From contig NC_058369.1 in the NCBI RefSeq assembly GCF_018350175.1, forward strand, positions 4,466,001-4,530,000: 64,000 bases of DNA, in the 5' to 3' direction. The DNA comes from Felis catus (lineage: Eukaryota). The position numbers and the translations under genes were made by a program. The notes below the pieces were generated by a model. That model had not been told where the DNA came from, did no database searches, and saw only the letters and a list, made by a program, of their open reading frames with translations. This document shows positions 21,983-33,318 of the stretch, piece after piece; within the stretch, counting starts at the first letter, position 1; each line of letters opens with the position of its first letter.

Positions 21983-22761
21983 ATTTTTTTTTCAACATTT
22001 TTATTTATTTTTGGGACAGAGAGAGACAGAGCATGAGCGGGGGAGGGGCAGAGAGAGAGGGAGACACAGAATCCGAAACAGGCTCCAGGCTCTGAGCCAT
22101 CAGCCCAGAGCCCGACGCGGGGCTCGAACTCACGGACCGCGAGATCGTGACCTGGCTGAAGTTGGACGCTTAACCGACTGCGCCACCCAGGCGCCCCTAC
22201 TTTTATTTTTTAATGCTTATTTATTTTTGAGACAGAGAGAGAGAGAGTGTGAGCGGGGGAGGGGCAGACAGAGAGGGAGACACAGAATCCAACGTGGGCT
22301 CCAGACTCTGAGCTGTCAGCACAGAGCGCGATGTGGGGCTCGAACTCACAAACCGTGAGTGAGATCATGACCTGAGCCGAAGTCGGACGCCCAACCGACT
22401 GAGCCACCCAGGCACCCCAAATGTTTATTTAATCTTGAGAGAGAGAGCGAGAGAGAGACAGAGCGTGAGTGGGGGAGGGGCGGAGAGAGAGGGAGACACA
22501 GAATCGGAAGCAGGCTCCAGGCTCCGAGCCGTCAGTACAGAGCCCAATGCGGGGCTCGAACTCACAAACTGTGAGTGAGATCATGACCTGAGCCGAAGTC
22601 GGATGCTCAACTGACTGAGCCACCCAGGTGCCCCCAAAATTCCTTTTTAAAAAACATTTATTTATTTATTTTGAGAGAGAGCGTGCGCAAGCTGGGGAGG
22701 GGCGGGGGTGGGGGGGAGACGGAGAATCCCAAGGAGGCTGACTGAGCCACCCAGGTGCCCC
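21983..22761 (-). mobile_element. Tandem cluster of four CAN-SINEs (21983-22197, 22198-22418, 22419-22635, truncated ~22645-22761)
   Basis: Four consecutive gccacccagg(c/t)(g/a)cccc ends; TSD tacttttatttt flanks the first copy. Confidence 0.9.
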
Positions 22762-23324
22762 TTGGGTGAATAACTTGTTAAATTAACTTCCATGCTTGTA
22801 ATCACTAACTCCTGTTTCCGATGGATACATTTTGCTAATGGTCTTTTCAAATTGTTTGAGAATGTTATGAAATTTAAAAAAAAAAAAAGCATTTTACACT
22901 TTTCTTTTTTCCTGGGCTATAACTTATGTACCTCAAAGCGAACAGTTGTTCATTTTTTACCTATGTGTAACTTTTTACATGTGTGTGGACCTTTGTCCCC
23001 GGAACACTCCCAGGCCTCTAGATGGCTCCCTCACGTCCTTTCCCAGTTAACACCTCTGCGCCCACGATTCTGACTTGTGCTGCCACACGGCTTTTGTTTA
23101 TTCTTGACTTCACGGTGACGGGAGTACACAGAATGGACTCTCTTGTGCCCGATTCTTTGTGTAAAATTATGTCTGTGAGATTCACCCCTATTGTTGAGTC
23201 ATCATTTATTCACCCTAAAAACTACTGGTGAGTAGTATTGCGTTGTATGAACACACCAGGATTTAGCTATCTACTCCCCTGTCGATGGGCATTTGGATGG
23301 GTCCCAATTTCCTCCAACTCTTTT

Positions 23325-23801
23325 TTCTTAAATTAATTTATTTATTTGAGAGAGAGAGAAAGAGAGAACAGGGGAGGGGCAGAGGGAGAGGAGAGAAAGA
23401 GAATCCCAAAGCAGGCTCCACACTGTCGGTGCAGAGCCCGATGCAGCGCTCGAACTCATGACCCATGAGATCATGACCTGAACTGAAATCAAGAGTCTGA
23501 TGCCCAACCAAATGAGCCACCCAGGTGCCCTGTCCTCCAATTCTTGATACGCACAACTGGCAAGAAACTTTGTACGCAAACACAGTTGACAAGAAATGAC
23601 AAACAGGGGCGCCTGGGTGGCTCAGTCGCTAAAGCGTCCAACTCATCATATAGACTCAGGTCATGATCCCAGGGTTGCGGGATCGAGCCCCACGTCTTGG
23701 GGCTTGGGATTCTCTCTCTCTCTGCACTTCCCCCTCCCCCTCTCCCCCTCTCTTGCTGTCTCTCAAAATAAATAAACAGTAAAAAAAAAAAAAAAAAAAA
23801 A
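23325..23801. mobile_element. Two divergent CAN-SINEs (minus 23325-23530; plus 23606-23801)
   Basis: SINE heads and tails; TSD aagaaatgacaa around the plus copy. Confidence 0.85.
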
Positions 23802-24132
23802 AGAAATGACAACTCTTGTAAGTTGTGCCACAGGTAAAATTATAGTTGACAGGTGATAGGAACTATTTTACAAGCCATACACAAATTATGAAAAGTGACA
23901 TTATGTGGGGACTGGGGTCTTTGCCGGGAGATGTCTCTACTGGGAGCCCCCCTCCGGCTCCTTGTGCGTCTCTCCCGTAAGGACACTAGTCATTGAATTT
24001 AGGACTCACCCAAATCCAGCATGACCTCATCCCACATAAGAACGGACAGGAAGAATGGAACTGAGTGGAGAGTGGGCTCAGAGTCCAAGATTCCCAGGAG
24101 GGAAAAGAAAGAACTGATGTATTGCCCGATAT

Positions 24133-24360
24133 CAGGGGTTGGCAAACTTTTTCTCTCGGGGCCAGATAACAAGCATTTTTGGCTTTGGGGGTCCTATGGT
24201 CTCTGTCGCAACTACGCATCTTTGTCGTTACAGCACGAAAAGTAGCCAGAGACAAGAAATACACGAACAGGCATGACTATGTGCCAATAAAACTTGCTTT
24301 ATGACAACAGGCAGAAGGCCGGACTTGGCCGAATGGTTGCAGTTTGCCAATCTTTGTCCT
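24133..24360. mobile_element. MER58A-like element
   Basis: caggggttggcaaac...gccaataaaact...agtttgccaatc. Confidence 0.7.
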
Positions 24361-25086
24361 GTGTGTTCAAGCACACGGCAAAACGAAAAGACAAAACAAA
24401 ACAAACCTACCGGTAGGCCTAAGGCGAACATAATGGAAAAAATATTGAAGCGCGTAGGAAATCGTCAGAGAGCAAGGCCGTAAGAGGAAGTCAAAAAAGA
24501 CAATGTCTGAAAGTAAGGTTGATACCAGGGGAAAGAGTCAGTGTTGAAAAGGGTTGGTTGCTAGTGGAGGGATTTGAGTAGCAGAGACAGCACAAGGGGC
24601 TGTTACTCCGGGATAAACCTTTCTCATCTTTTTGATACCGGAACAACAGGGAAACAATGTATAAATTAAAACCACCACGGCGGGGAGTCCCGTGTGGACA
24701 GTCCGTCTCGGCTGCCTGGAAGGTAGAGAGAGACGTGGAAGCTCCCACCAGGGGGAGCTGTGACAAAACGCAACGACTTTTGTCTGGAAAAAGTAAAACT
24801 GAAAATCACCAAGGCTGGTCTACAGCAGGGAAAGCCAAACCGCCACGCGGTGGGCCAAATCCGGCCCTCTACCTGCGGGCTTTGTTTCTGTTTTGTCTTG
24901 TTATTTTATCCTATTTTTTTTTTTTATTGAGATATAACTGATGTACAACATTAGTTTCAGATGTACAACACAATTCTATCGGCATATATTGCAAAGTGAT
25001 CACAAATCCTGTTACCATCATTGTAGGTACTTAGAATTTTTTTTCTTGGGGTGAGAACTTTTAAGATCTGTTCTCTTAGCAACTTC

Positions 25087-25314
25087 CTTTTTTATTTTTT
25101 AAATATGTATTTGTTTATTTTGATAGAGAGAAAGAAACAGAGAATGTGTGCGTGGGGGGGAGGGGCAGAGAGAGAAGGAGACACAGAATCCGAAGCAGGC
25201 TCCAGGCTCTGAGCCGTCAGCGCAAAGCCTGACGCGGGGCTTGAACTCACGAACTGTAAGATCATGACCTGAGCCGAAGTTGGATGCTTAACTGACTGAG
25301 CCACCCAGGTGCCT
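25087..25314 (-). mobile_element. CAN-SINE
   Basis: Reverse-complement SINE body. Confidence 0.88.
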
Positions 25315-26899
25315 CTAGGAATTAATTTAAATATAAAAAAGTAACGGGTTAGCCCCCCCCCCCCCATACTAAATTGACTCAATACAGGGACAGGGGAAAA
25401 AGGATATATGTTTTAAATTTTTGACAAACACAGTCAAGTTTTTCTTCAACAGAGTTGTACTGATGCATTGCTACCAACAGTATGTGGGCCTCACGAATGA
25501 GGTTCAGACTTTTGTCTTGAGAAACTGGGGCTAATTACTTAGCTAGATAACTTACGCCCATCATAAACTGCTAACTTCTAGTCAGCCCAGAACTCTCATT
25601 TGAAGATTATAGCAGTTAGCATTTGACCTGCATCTAAAAGAAAATCTAACCGAAGCAGGTTTTAAAATAGGGGCTTGGGGCACCTGTGCCACTCTTGGTC
25701 TCAGGGTTATAAGTTCAAACCCCACATTGGGCGTTGGGATTATTAAAAAATAAAACCTTTAAAAAACTGGAGTTACTTTTTTCTCACCAGAGGGGAAATC
25801 GACATGTAAATGGATGCTGGCATTGATTCAGCTACTCACTGTTGCCATCAAGGTCCCAGGACCTTAATGTCTTAAGCTGCTGGCTTCTTTCTTGTGCCCC
25901 TTAACTGTCGCTTCATGATTGCAAAATGGCTGCCATGGCTCCATACAGTACATCTCCGTTCCAGAAGAAAAGAACGAACCGTGAAGTCATGACCTGAGCC
26001 GAGGTCAGACACTTAACCGACTGAGCCACCCAGGCGCCCCTCCTGCTTGTCCTTTAAAGCAGATGTGCTGGCAGAGACTGACTTGCCCTTGTGTTTTATT
26101 GGTCAAGATGGTCACGCAGCACTTGCTGCTGTGGAGGAGTCTGGGAAAGGGGATTTTGCTTTTCCACCCTTTCTGGGGCTGGACATGGCTGTACGGTCTG
26201 CTACCATCATCATATTAAGAGAGGTTAAGGTCCACTTCAGCTCCCAGAACAACCAGTCACAGACATGAACTGGGTAAATAAATAGGATGCAGGGCTGGGG
26301 TGAGGGGAGAAAACTTAAGGAGAAGCCAAAACAAAAACAAAAACAAAAACAAGGCAACACTCAAACAACCAGCCACCAAGATGAACAGCACTTTAATGCA
26401 GTAGGTTAAAGAAACAACACGAATGCCCCAAATCCACGATGAACAAATCCACGATGAACCCTCCTGTCCCTTCTTCTCAGCAGGGCAGAATATTTGGTTG
26501 ATAAATCTTTATGTATTGAGCAGCTACTCTGTGCCCTCCCAGGGAAGCAGCAATGAGTGAAACGGACATAGAGAAGGGGAGGCTGACTGAAGATCCATAA
26601 TGTAGGGCAGTGTAATAGAAAGTGGCGGGATCCTTTCTGTCTCCATTGGGGAACCTCTCCTGACCTCCCCACGTCAGGTTCCTCATCAGAACCACTTGGC
26701 ACTCTGTGGGTCTCTGCATTATTGTTAAGTTTGCATTCATTTGCACAATTCTAGGTTTTCCGACTGTCTTCCTGAACAGATTTCATCTGGTTTTGGTCCT
26801 CTTTGTGTCCCCAGCATCTAACACGATGCACAGTGTAAGTGCTGTGGCTTTGTAGCTTTGTATCAATTCCACAAATTCCACTGCAGAAATGAGGTACCT

Positions 26900-27293
26900 G
26901 CACATGTGCACGCACGAACCAATGCGTGAGTGAAACGGGAACAGCAATCCTCCTGCCCCAGCAGCAGTCTCCTCCAGGAGTGGGGGTGGGGTGGGGAGGC
27001 AGGGACAGCCAGTGATGTCACAAGAGGTGGCAGGGATGGAAGGTTCTGGAAGGTTGAATGAGGTAGAAGGCTGTTGGGAGAGGAATACGGACCACCTTCC
27101 TGCTTCTCATCACCACAACCATTCTGGGTGGACCCAGACAGTGACGAGGGCTGGCAAGGGGCAGCACATGTCCAGATTTCCAGGAGGCACAACCTGTTTA
27201 TCATCTTTGCAGAAGAAGAAAACACTTTGACTGCCCAGATGTTTCAGCGACCAAAGACATGTTGTGATGGTCAGGACTCATGACAAGTGGCAG
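26900..27293 (+). promoter_or_regulatory. ACSBG2: Candidate ACSBG2 promoter and exon 1
   Basis: Unique island between repeats about 5 kb upstream of the 32045 exon, with CCAAT 26919-26923, CRE-like TGATGTCA 27013-27020 and donor CAG|gtgaca at 27293/27294. Inference only. Confidence 0.35.
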
Positions 27294-27496
27294 GTGACAG
27301 TGATATGGGAGAGGAGCATGTGGGGATCCTTTGGGATTCAGTGTCTCGTTGTCATTCAGCAGGAGGCACACATTTTGACCTTGAGCTAGACTCTCAGTAT
27401 CCTTATCTGTGTTGCATTTTCTCATTGATTGTGCTGGTGTACAAAAACAGCTATTGATCTTCGAATATTGATAACCTAATAGAAATTTTTATTTCT

Positions 27497-27716
27497 TCTT
27501 TTTTTTAATTTTTTAACGTTTATTTATTTTTGAGAAAGAGAGAGACAGAGCATGAACGGGGGAGGGTCAGAGAGAGGGAGACACAGAATCCGAAACAGGC
27601 TCCAGGCTCTGAGCTTGTCAGCACAGAGCCCGACGCGGGGCTCGAACTCACGGACCGCGAGATCATGACCTGAGCCGAAGTCGGCCGCTTAACCGACAGA
27701 GCCACCCAGGCGCCCC
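27497..27716 (-). mobile_element. CAN-SINE inserted in an old L1 fragment
   Basis: Perfect 17-nt TSD tagaaatttttatttct at 27480-27496 and 27717-27733. Confidence 0.92.
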
Positions 27717-28534
27717 TAGAAATTTTTATTTCTAGTAGCTGTTCAGTTTATTGGATAGTCTAGCAGTCAATCATATTAGGTGCAAAATGACAATGCTGTC
27801 TGTTCCCGGTCTGTATCCCCTTCATTTATTTTTCTTATCTTATTGCATTGACTAAGAACCTTCAGATCCATGCTGAATAGCAGCGGTGACAGCTGACATC
27901 TTTGTCTTATTCGTTACTTCTTAGAAATTCCTCCAGTGCTTTCATTACTGTTAGTAAGTATAATATTTATTGCATGCTTCTGCTAGTTAAGGAAATGTCT
28001 TCCATTTCTTATTTGTTAAGGATTTTCATAAAAAATCGATACTTCATCAAATTCTATCCTGAGGAGATCATGTTTTTCCACCCTTTGTCCCTTAAATGCA
28101 GCAACTCATGCTGACAGATGTTTAATGTTGAATAATTTTTGCAGTTACAATAAACCCCGTGTGACCTTTTAAAGTTGTGAAGCGTCTTGCGTATAAAATA
28201 ACGTGAAAACCGTATCTGAAAGTTTACCTATACTTTTTTTAATCCAGAGGTGCTCTTGTCACGTTATGGGTATGAATTATTTCTTGGTATATGATCCAAG
28301 CAACTATCTTATCCCCAGTCAGTGACTTGTCTTGACTTCCTGTTTTCTGATGTTTCAGTAAGTAGACATTCTTCATCTGGTCAAAATCCGTTTAACACAT
28401 GGCTGGATTTGACCTTAGCTGGGTTGTAGAATCCTACCCATCTCCATGTACCAGCTGCTCATGAACGAACGAGTGCTCCCAAGATGAAGAAGACAAAATT
28501 ATGCTGTGACCACAGGCAAAGTTACCTTGCTGTG

Positions 28535-28650
28535 TTCTATTTGTAAAGTGGGGATAACAGTAAATAATAGTAACTACCTCCTAGGATTATTGTGAAGATT
28601 AAATGAGTTCATGTGTGTAAAACTTTCAGAACAGTACTTGGTGCACAGGA
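28535..28650. mobile_element. MIR fragment
   Basis: tttgtaaagtggggataa...ctacctcctaggattattgtgaagattaaatgag MIR core. Confidence 0.65.
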
Positions 28651-28829
28651 GAGATCCTTCTGTTACTTTCCGTGATGGCTGTTGTTGTTCTGTATTAAAT
28701 GCAGTCGTGGTCTTAACGGGGCTGCTGGTTTCACCAGGATCCTCTCAGCCCAGGAGCACAAGGAAATGACTCAGGGTATGGCTCCCAAATTGTGCTTGCC
28801 ATCTGCACCTTGTGACTGCCTTGTCTTGT

Positions 28830-29042
28830 CCAGGGTTTCTCAATGTTGGCCCTGTTGACCTTCGGGGTCCGAGAATTCTTAGCCGTGAGGGGCTATCCTG
28901 GGCATGGCAGGGCATTGAGCAGCATCTTCTACTTCTGCCCCCTAGACGCCAGTAGCATCCCCTAATTGTGACTCCCAAAATGTCCCCAGACACTGCCAGG
29001 TGTCCCCAGGGGCCCAGAATGGCCCTTGGTTAAGAACCACAG
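28830..29042. mobile_element. MER20-like hAT element
   Basis: cagggtttctcaat...gtgactcccaaaatgtccccagacactgcc...ggttaagaaccac. Confidence 0.75.
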
Positions 29043-29151
29043 GTCTACTGAATCGGTATATTTAGATATAGACTCATTTGCCTAATATTGAGTCAACCCC
29101 TTTCGTGTGTCAGGCACTGTGTTACGTGTTAGGGATATAATGATCCACAAG

Positions 29152-29154
<3 letters not shown>

Positions 29155-29190
<36 letters not shown>
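29155..29190. repeat. (CA)n microsatellite
   Basis: Seen directly. Confidence 0.9.
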
Positions 29191-29193
<3 letters not shown>

Positions 29194-30429
29194 CTACCTA
29201 GTGACAAACCTAGATTATGCAATAAAGGGAAAGAGACGGTGGAATTAGAGGGTGTAGAGTCTAGCCCAGCCTGAGATAACCGAGGATATTCCCCTGAAGA
29301 AAAGACTCATAAGCAGAGGCTGAGTTTGGGGAGAGATTGATAGATGAGGATTAGGGAGAACAGTGTTTTTAGCATAAGGGACAGCAGGTGCAGAATGTGG
29401 GGACCCATTTGCAAGACTAAGCTGATGGAGTTTGCTGATGGGTCAGATGTGGGGACGGAGACGGACACGGTGGGGGGAAGGGGGAGAGGGCGGGAGGGAG
29501 GAGAGAAGCAGACAGAAGCAAGGAAGGGAGAAGGGAGAAAAGAGAGGTGGGAGAGACAAAGCAGGGGAGGGAGGGAGGTAAGATGGTTAGGTGATGGGTA
29601 GATGGATGAATGGATGAGTGGATGGAAAGATGGACGGAAAGAAGGAAAGATGGGTGGATGGAATGATGGAGTGAATGGGATGATAGAGCAATGGAGGCAA
29701 AAGTAGGAACTCAAGGGTGGATCAAGGGTGACCCTAAGATTCTGGGCCACACCCTCCTGGTCCAGGCCTGGGTCCAAGGCTCTCCTGGCTTCCTCTTTTG
29801 TGGCAGATTTTGCAATTGTCTTTATGTGGTTGTTCACAGCTTCATCCAGATTCTTTGGCTGTTTGCTTTGTCCCATGGATTGATGTACTCTGTGTGTGTA
29901 AATGCCACAGAGACTCACTTAAGTTCATGTTGTCATGTGCCTTTTTAGCTACCTGTTTTCACTGAAATACAAAGCCAGTGCCTGCTAGTGTAGAACTGTG
30001 TGCAGGCTACAGGGCTACATTTGCCCGACCGCGCATCGTCAGGTTCTCGTCTGCCGTGTCCCTGGTTCTTGCAGAACATTAACCGCAGATCTAGAAGGTA
30101 GAACGGCTTGATTCTGGCGTGAAGTATAATGTCTGTCATGGACAAGATAATACAATTTTCTTTCTTAGAAACTGCCAACACATCGTTTTCAATCAATGTC
30201 GGCCAGCAATTTTGGCCTCCAAGGGGACAGTTGATGACGTCTGCAGACGTCTTTGATTGGGACAAAATGGCATACCGGATTTGTGATTTTAACTACATGC
30301 TTAGGGGAATCTGGTTAAGGAAACGTGTGTGGCCAATGTCGAAATGTTCGGGAAATTTTGATTCGTTAAAATTCAAAAGTTCATTAAACAACATTTAATA
30401 TTTTCACGTCTTCTAAATATTTTTGCAAC

Positions 30430-30800
30430 TCTATTAGTCTGCTTTGGCTGCCCTGAGAAAATACTGCAGAATGGGTGGCTTGGCAGAAATTTATTTTCTC
30501 TCATTTCTGGGGGCTGGAAGTCCAAGATCAAGGTGTTAGCACGGCGGGTTTCTGGTGACAACCCTCTTCGGAGCTTGCAGACAGCTGTCTCTTCGCTGTG
30601 TCCTCACATGGTGAAGACAGAGAAAGAGCTAGTTTCCTTTCCTCTTATAAGGACGCTAACCCTGTTGGATCAGGGCTCCGCTCTTAGAACTTCATCTAAC
30701 CTGAATTACGTCCCTGGGAAGGTTCCATCTCCCAACACAATCACATTGGAGGGTTAGGATTTCAACATAGGAATTTGGGGGGAACATAATTTAGTCCAGG
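30430..30800. mobile_element. MaLR (MLT1-type) solo LTR
   Basis: cagaaatttattttctctcatttctgggggctggaagtccaagatcaagg...atttcaacataggaatttggggg. Confidence 0.75.
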
Positions 30801-31495
30801 AAAATAATTATTGATTTCTCTTAAGTAAATGTTTAAAAGAATGTTGCTTCATCAATTTGAGGATGAACCTACTGAAAATCAAACAAGGTTAAAGAGTGGG
30901 GGTTGACCCCATCACACACGAAAGGCTTCGAACAAGACGGTCCAGTTAGTGAGTGTGCAAGGACCCTGACAGCCAGAATCTGCACCATCCTCCAAGGAAG
31001 GGTTAGCGACCACGCGATCTGAAGTCTGACCACTGACCAATGTCTTCCAAGGGGGCTCTGTCCGTCTTGCAACATATGAGAGTGTCTGTTTTCCCACATC
31101 CTTGCTAATATACTTTTCCATCCTTGTTGATCTTACGCAATCAGACAGGTGAGAATCCCATCCTAGTATTTTCTTTCGCATTTCTCTTATGACTGAAAAA
31201 GTCACTGTAAGATTTGTTTCAGAGAACTTCCTATTTATGCCCCTTGCCCACCTTCCATTGGGGTTTGGATTTTTTCCTGCTGGTCCACTGGAGTTGTTCG
31301 CATATAAAGGAAATCAGGCCTTCATCTGTCACACGTTACTCATATTTTCTCTCAGCTTGTTGTTGATCTTTTGTTTATGGCATTCTTTGGCCATGTGGGA
31401 AATGAAAAACTTCTTACGTAGCAAGATTTACCATTTCTCCTTTACGTCCTCTGGGCTTTCATGTTGTACTATCTTTAAGACAACCTACCAGAACA

Positions 31496-31713
31496 GGGGC
31501 GCCCGGGTGGCTCAGTCGGTTAAGTGTCCGCCTTCGGCTCAGGTCATGATCTCACGGTCCGTGGGTTCGAGCCCTGCGTCGGGCTCTGTGCTGACAGCTC
31601 GGAGCCTGGAGCCTGTTTCGGATTCTGTGTCTCCCTCTCTCTCTGCCCCTCCCCCATTTGCGCTCTCTCTCTGCTTTTCAAAAATGAATGCTAAAAAAAA
31701 AAAAAAAAAAAAA
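31496..31713 (+). mobile_element. CAN-SINE
   Basis: Perfect 19-nt TSD aagacaacctaccagaaca at 31477-31495 and 31714-31732, at a TTT|AAGA L1-endonuclease-type site. Confidence 0.93.
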
Positions 31714-32090
31714 AAGACAACCTACCAGAACAGAACTCTCCTGTAAGTTTCTTTCCCTTGGGCAGGTTAAAATGTTTTCTTACCCACATACCACACACAG
31801 ACTTGGTCCCTATATTCTAAGCATTTAAGAGACTCTTCTGGAAACTCACAGACTGAATGCCCTCTGGGCTTACAACTGCTCTAAGACCCAGCACATAGAC
31901 CCTCTCCTCCCCTCCTACGCCCAGGACAGGCATGACTAATCTATTCCCAGGATTCCAGGCAGACATGACCAGTGGATGGAAGTTGGCTTCAGAACTGCAG
32001 CCCCTTTGCCAGTCCTGCTAAGCCCCCTGCTTTGTGCCTTGCAGTGCTGTGAAGAATGGCCTCTCTGGACCTGGAAGGGCTAAACTCCCA

Positions 32091-32145
32091 ATGGCTCACG
32101 AAGAGGAAACTGTAGACCCTGAACTGGACATGAGTGAAACCAAAG
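32091..32145 (+). CDS. ACSBG2: ACSBG2 first coding part (exon spans 32045-32145): MAHEEETVDPELDMSETK
   Basis: Acceptor tttgtgccttgcag|32045 and donor AAAG|gtacg. The phase-1 end joins the next exon to give ...SETK-V-TPGLW, similar to human ...DMNKTEVTPRLW. Confidence 0.8.
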
Positions 32146-32539
32146 GTACGCTGGCGAGAACGCTCGTGGGAAAGAAAGGCACACAGACTCGGCCGAGCCT
32201 TTTGAGAAAGGAGCCTGGGGCCCAGAGAGTCAGGACACAGCTGATCCTTGCCCGGGCCCCTAACCGTGGCTGAGGCGCCTGACACAGGGGGTGGAGGAGT
32301 GGGGTACTGCTTCCTACACCTGATAGGGAGGGCAGGCAGCACAGGCAGGCTGCTGACAGTGGGGCCACGTCAGTCAGAGCAGAGCCCTGCCAGTCCTGTG
32401 ACAGTGGTGAGTGGTTTGCTTTTCTGAAGCCTCGTTTGTATCATTTGTACCACAGGGCATTGATAATAATACCTCTGTTAGGACAGCAAGCCATGTGGGT
32501 AAAGTACCCCAGAACCATGTATATGTGGTACAGACATAA

Positions 32540-32586
<47 letters not shown>

Positions 32587-33287
32587 TATAATTATATATA
32601 TTTATATGTATAACACACTTATATAATTATATAGTGCAGATATAATTATATATAATCATATATGTAGAGCATATATATTTTTAAACATATTATTACATAT
32701 TTATATTATTTATATAAATAAAAGTATATATATTTATATTATTTATATAAATAAAAAGTATAAATATTTATATTCATTGGAATAAATAATATAAATATTT
32801 ATATTAATTAATTAATTTTGTGTGTATTCATTTTTAAAAGACAGAGAGAGAGCACAAGCAGGGGTGGGGTGGAGAGAGAGGGGGACACAGAATCCGAAGC
32901 AGGCTCCGGCCTGTGAGCTCTCGGCACAGAGCCCGATGTGGGGCTCGAACTCGCGGACCATGAGATCATGACCTGAGCCGAAGTCGGATGCTCCACCGAC
33001 GGAGCCACCCAGGCGCTCCTTTATATTATTTTTGTAAATAAAAGTATAAATATTTATTTATATTATTTATATAATATTATACACTTATGTATAATTATAT
33101 ATAGTGCAGATATAACAATACACATGGCTAGAACTATATAGAGAGAGTACAATAGTACAGATCCAATTGTGTATATATAGTACAGATGTCATAATATAGT
33201 CCATGTGTAATTATAGAGAGCAGATATGATACAGTACAGATGTAATGGCATGTGTGTGTGTGTATATATATATACACACACACACAC

Positions 33288-33318
<31 letters not shown>

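Noticed and set aside
21983..22761. Regularly spaced ~220-bp repeats resembling an array or CRISPR
   Set aside because: They are tandem SINE insertions in a eukaryotic genome, with no short repeat-spacer structure and no cas genes.
26429..26459. 15-bp tandem duplication caaatccacgatgaa x2
   Set aside because: It is real but looks like an ordinary slippage duplication with no sign of function.
29307..29918. 203-aa minus-strand ORF
   Set aside because: It runs through purine-rich (GGA/GGAT) low-complexity DNA and an L2-like fragment, giving a Pro/Ser-rich artefact.
31189..31746. 185-aa plus-strand ORF upstream of ACSBG2
   Set aside because: It is composed of an antisense old L1 fragment and a SINE.
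31951..32021. Upstream acceptor-like site and in-frame ATG at 31965 as an N-terminal extension of ACSBG2
   Set aside because: The frame is closed by TAA at 32019-32021 before reaching the CDS.
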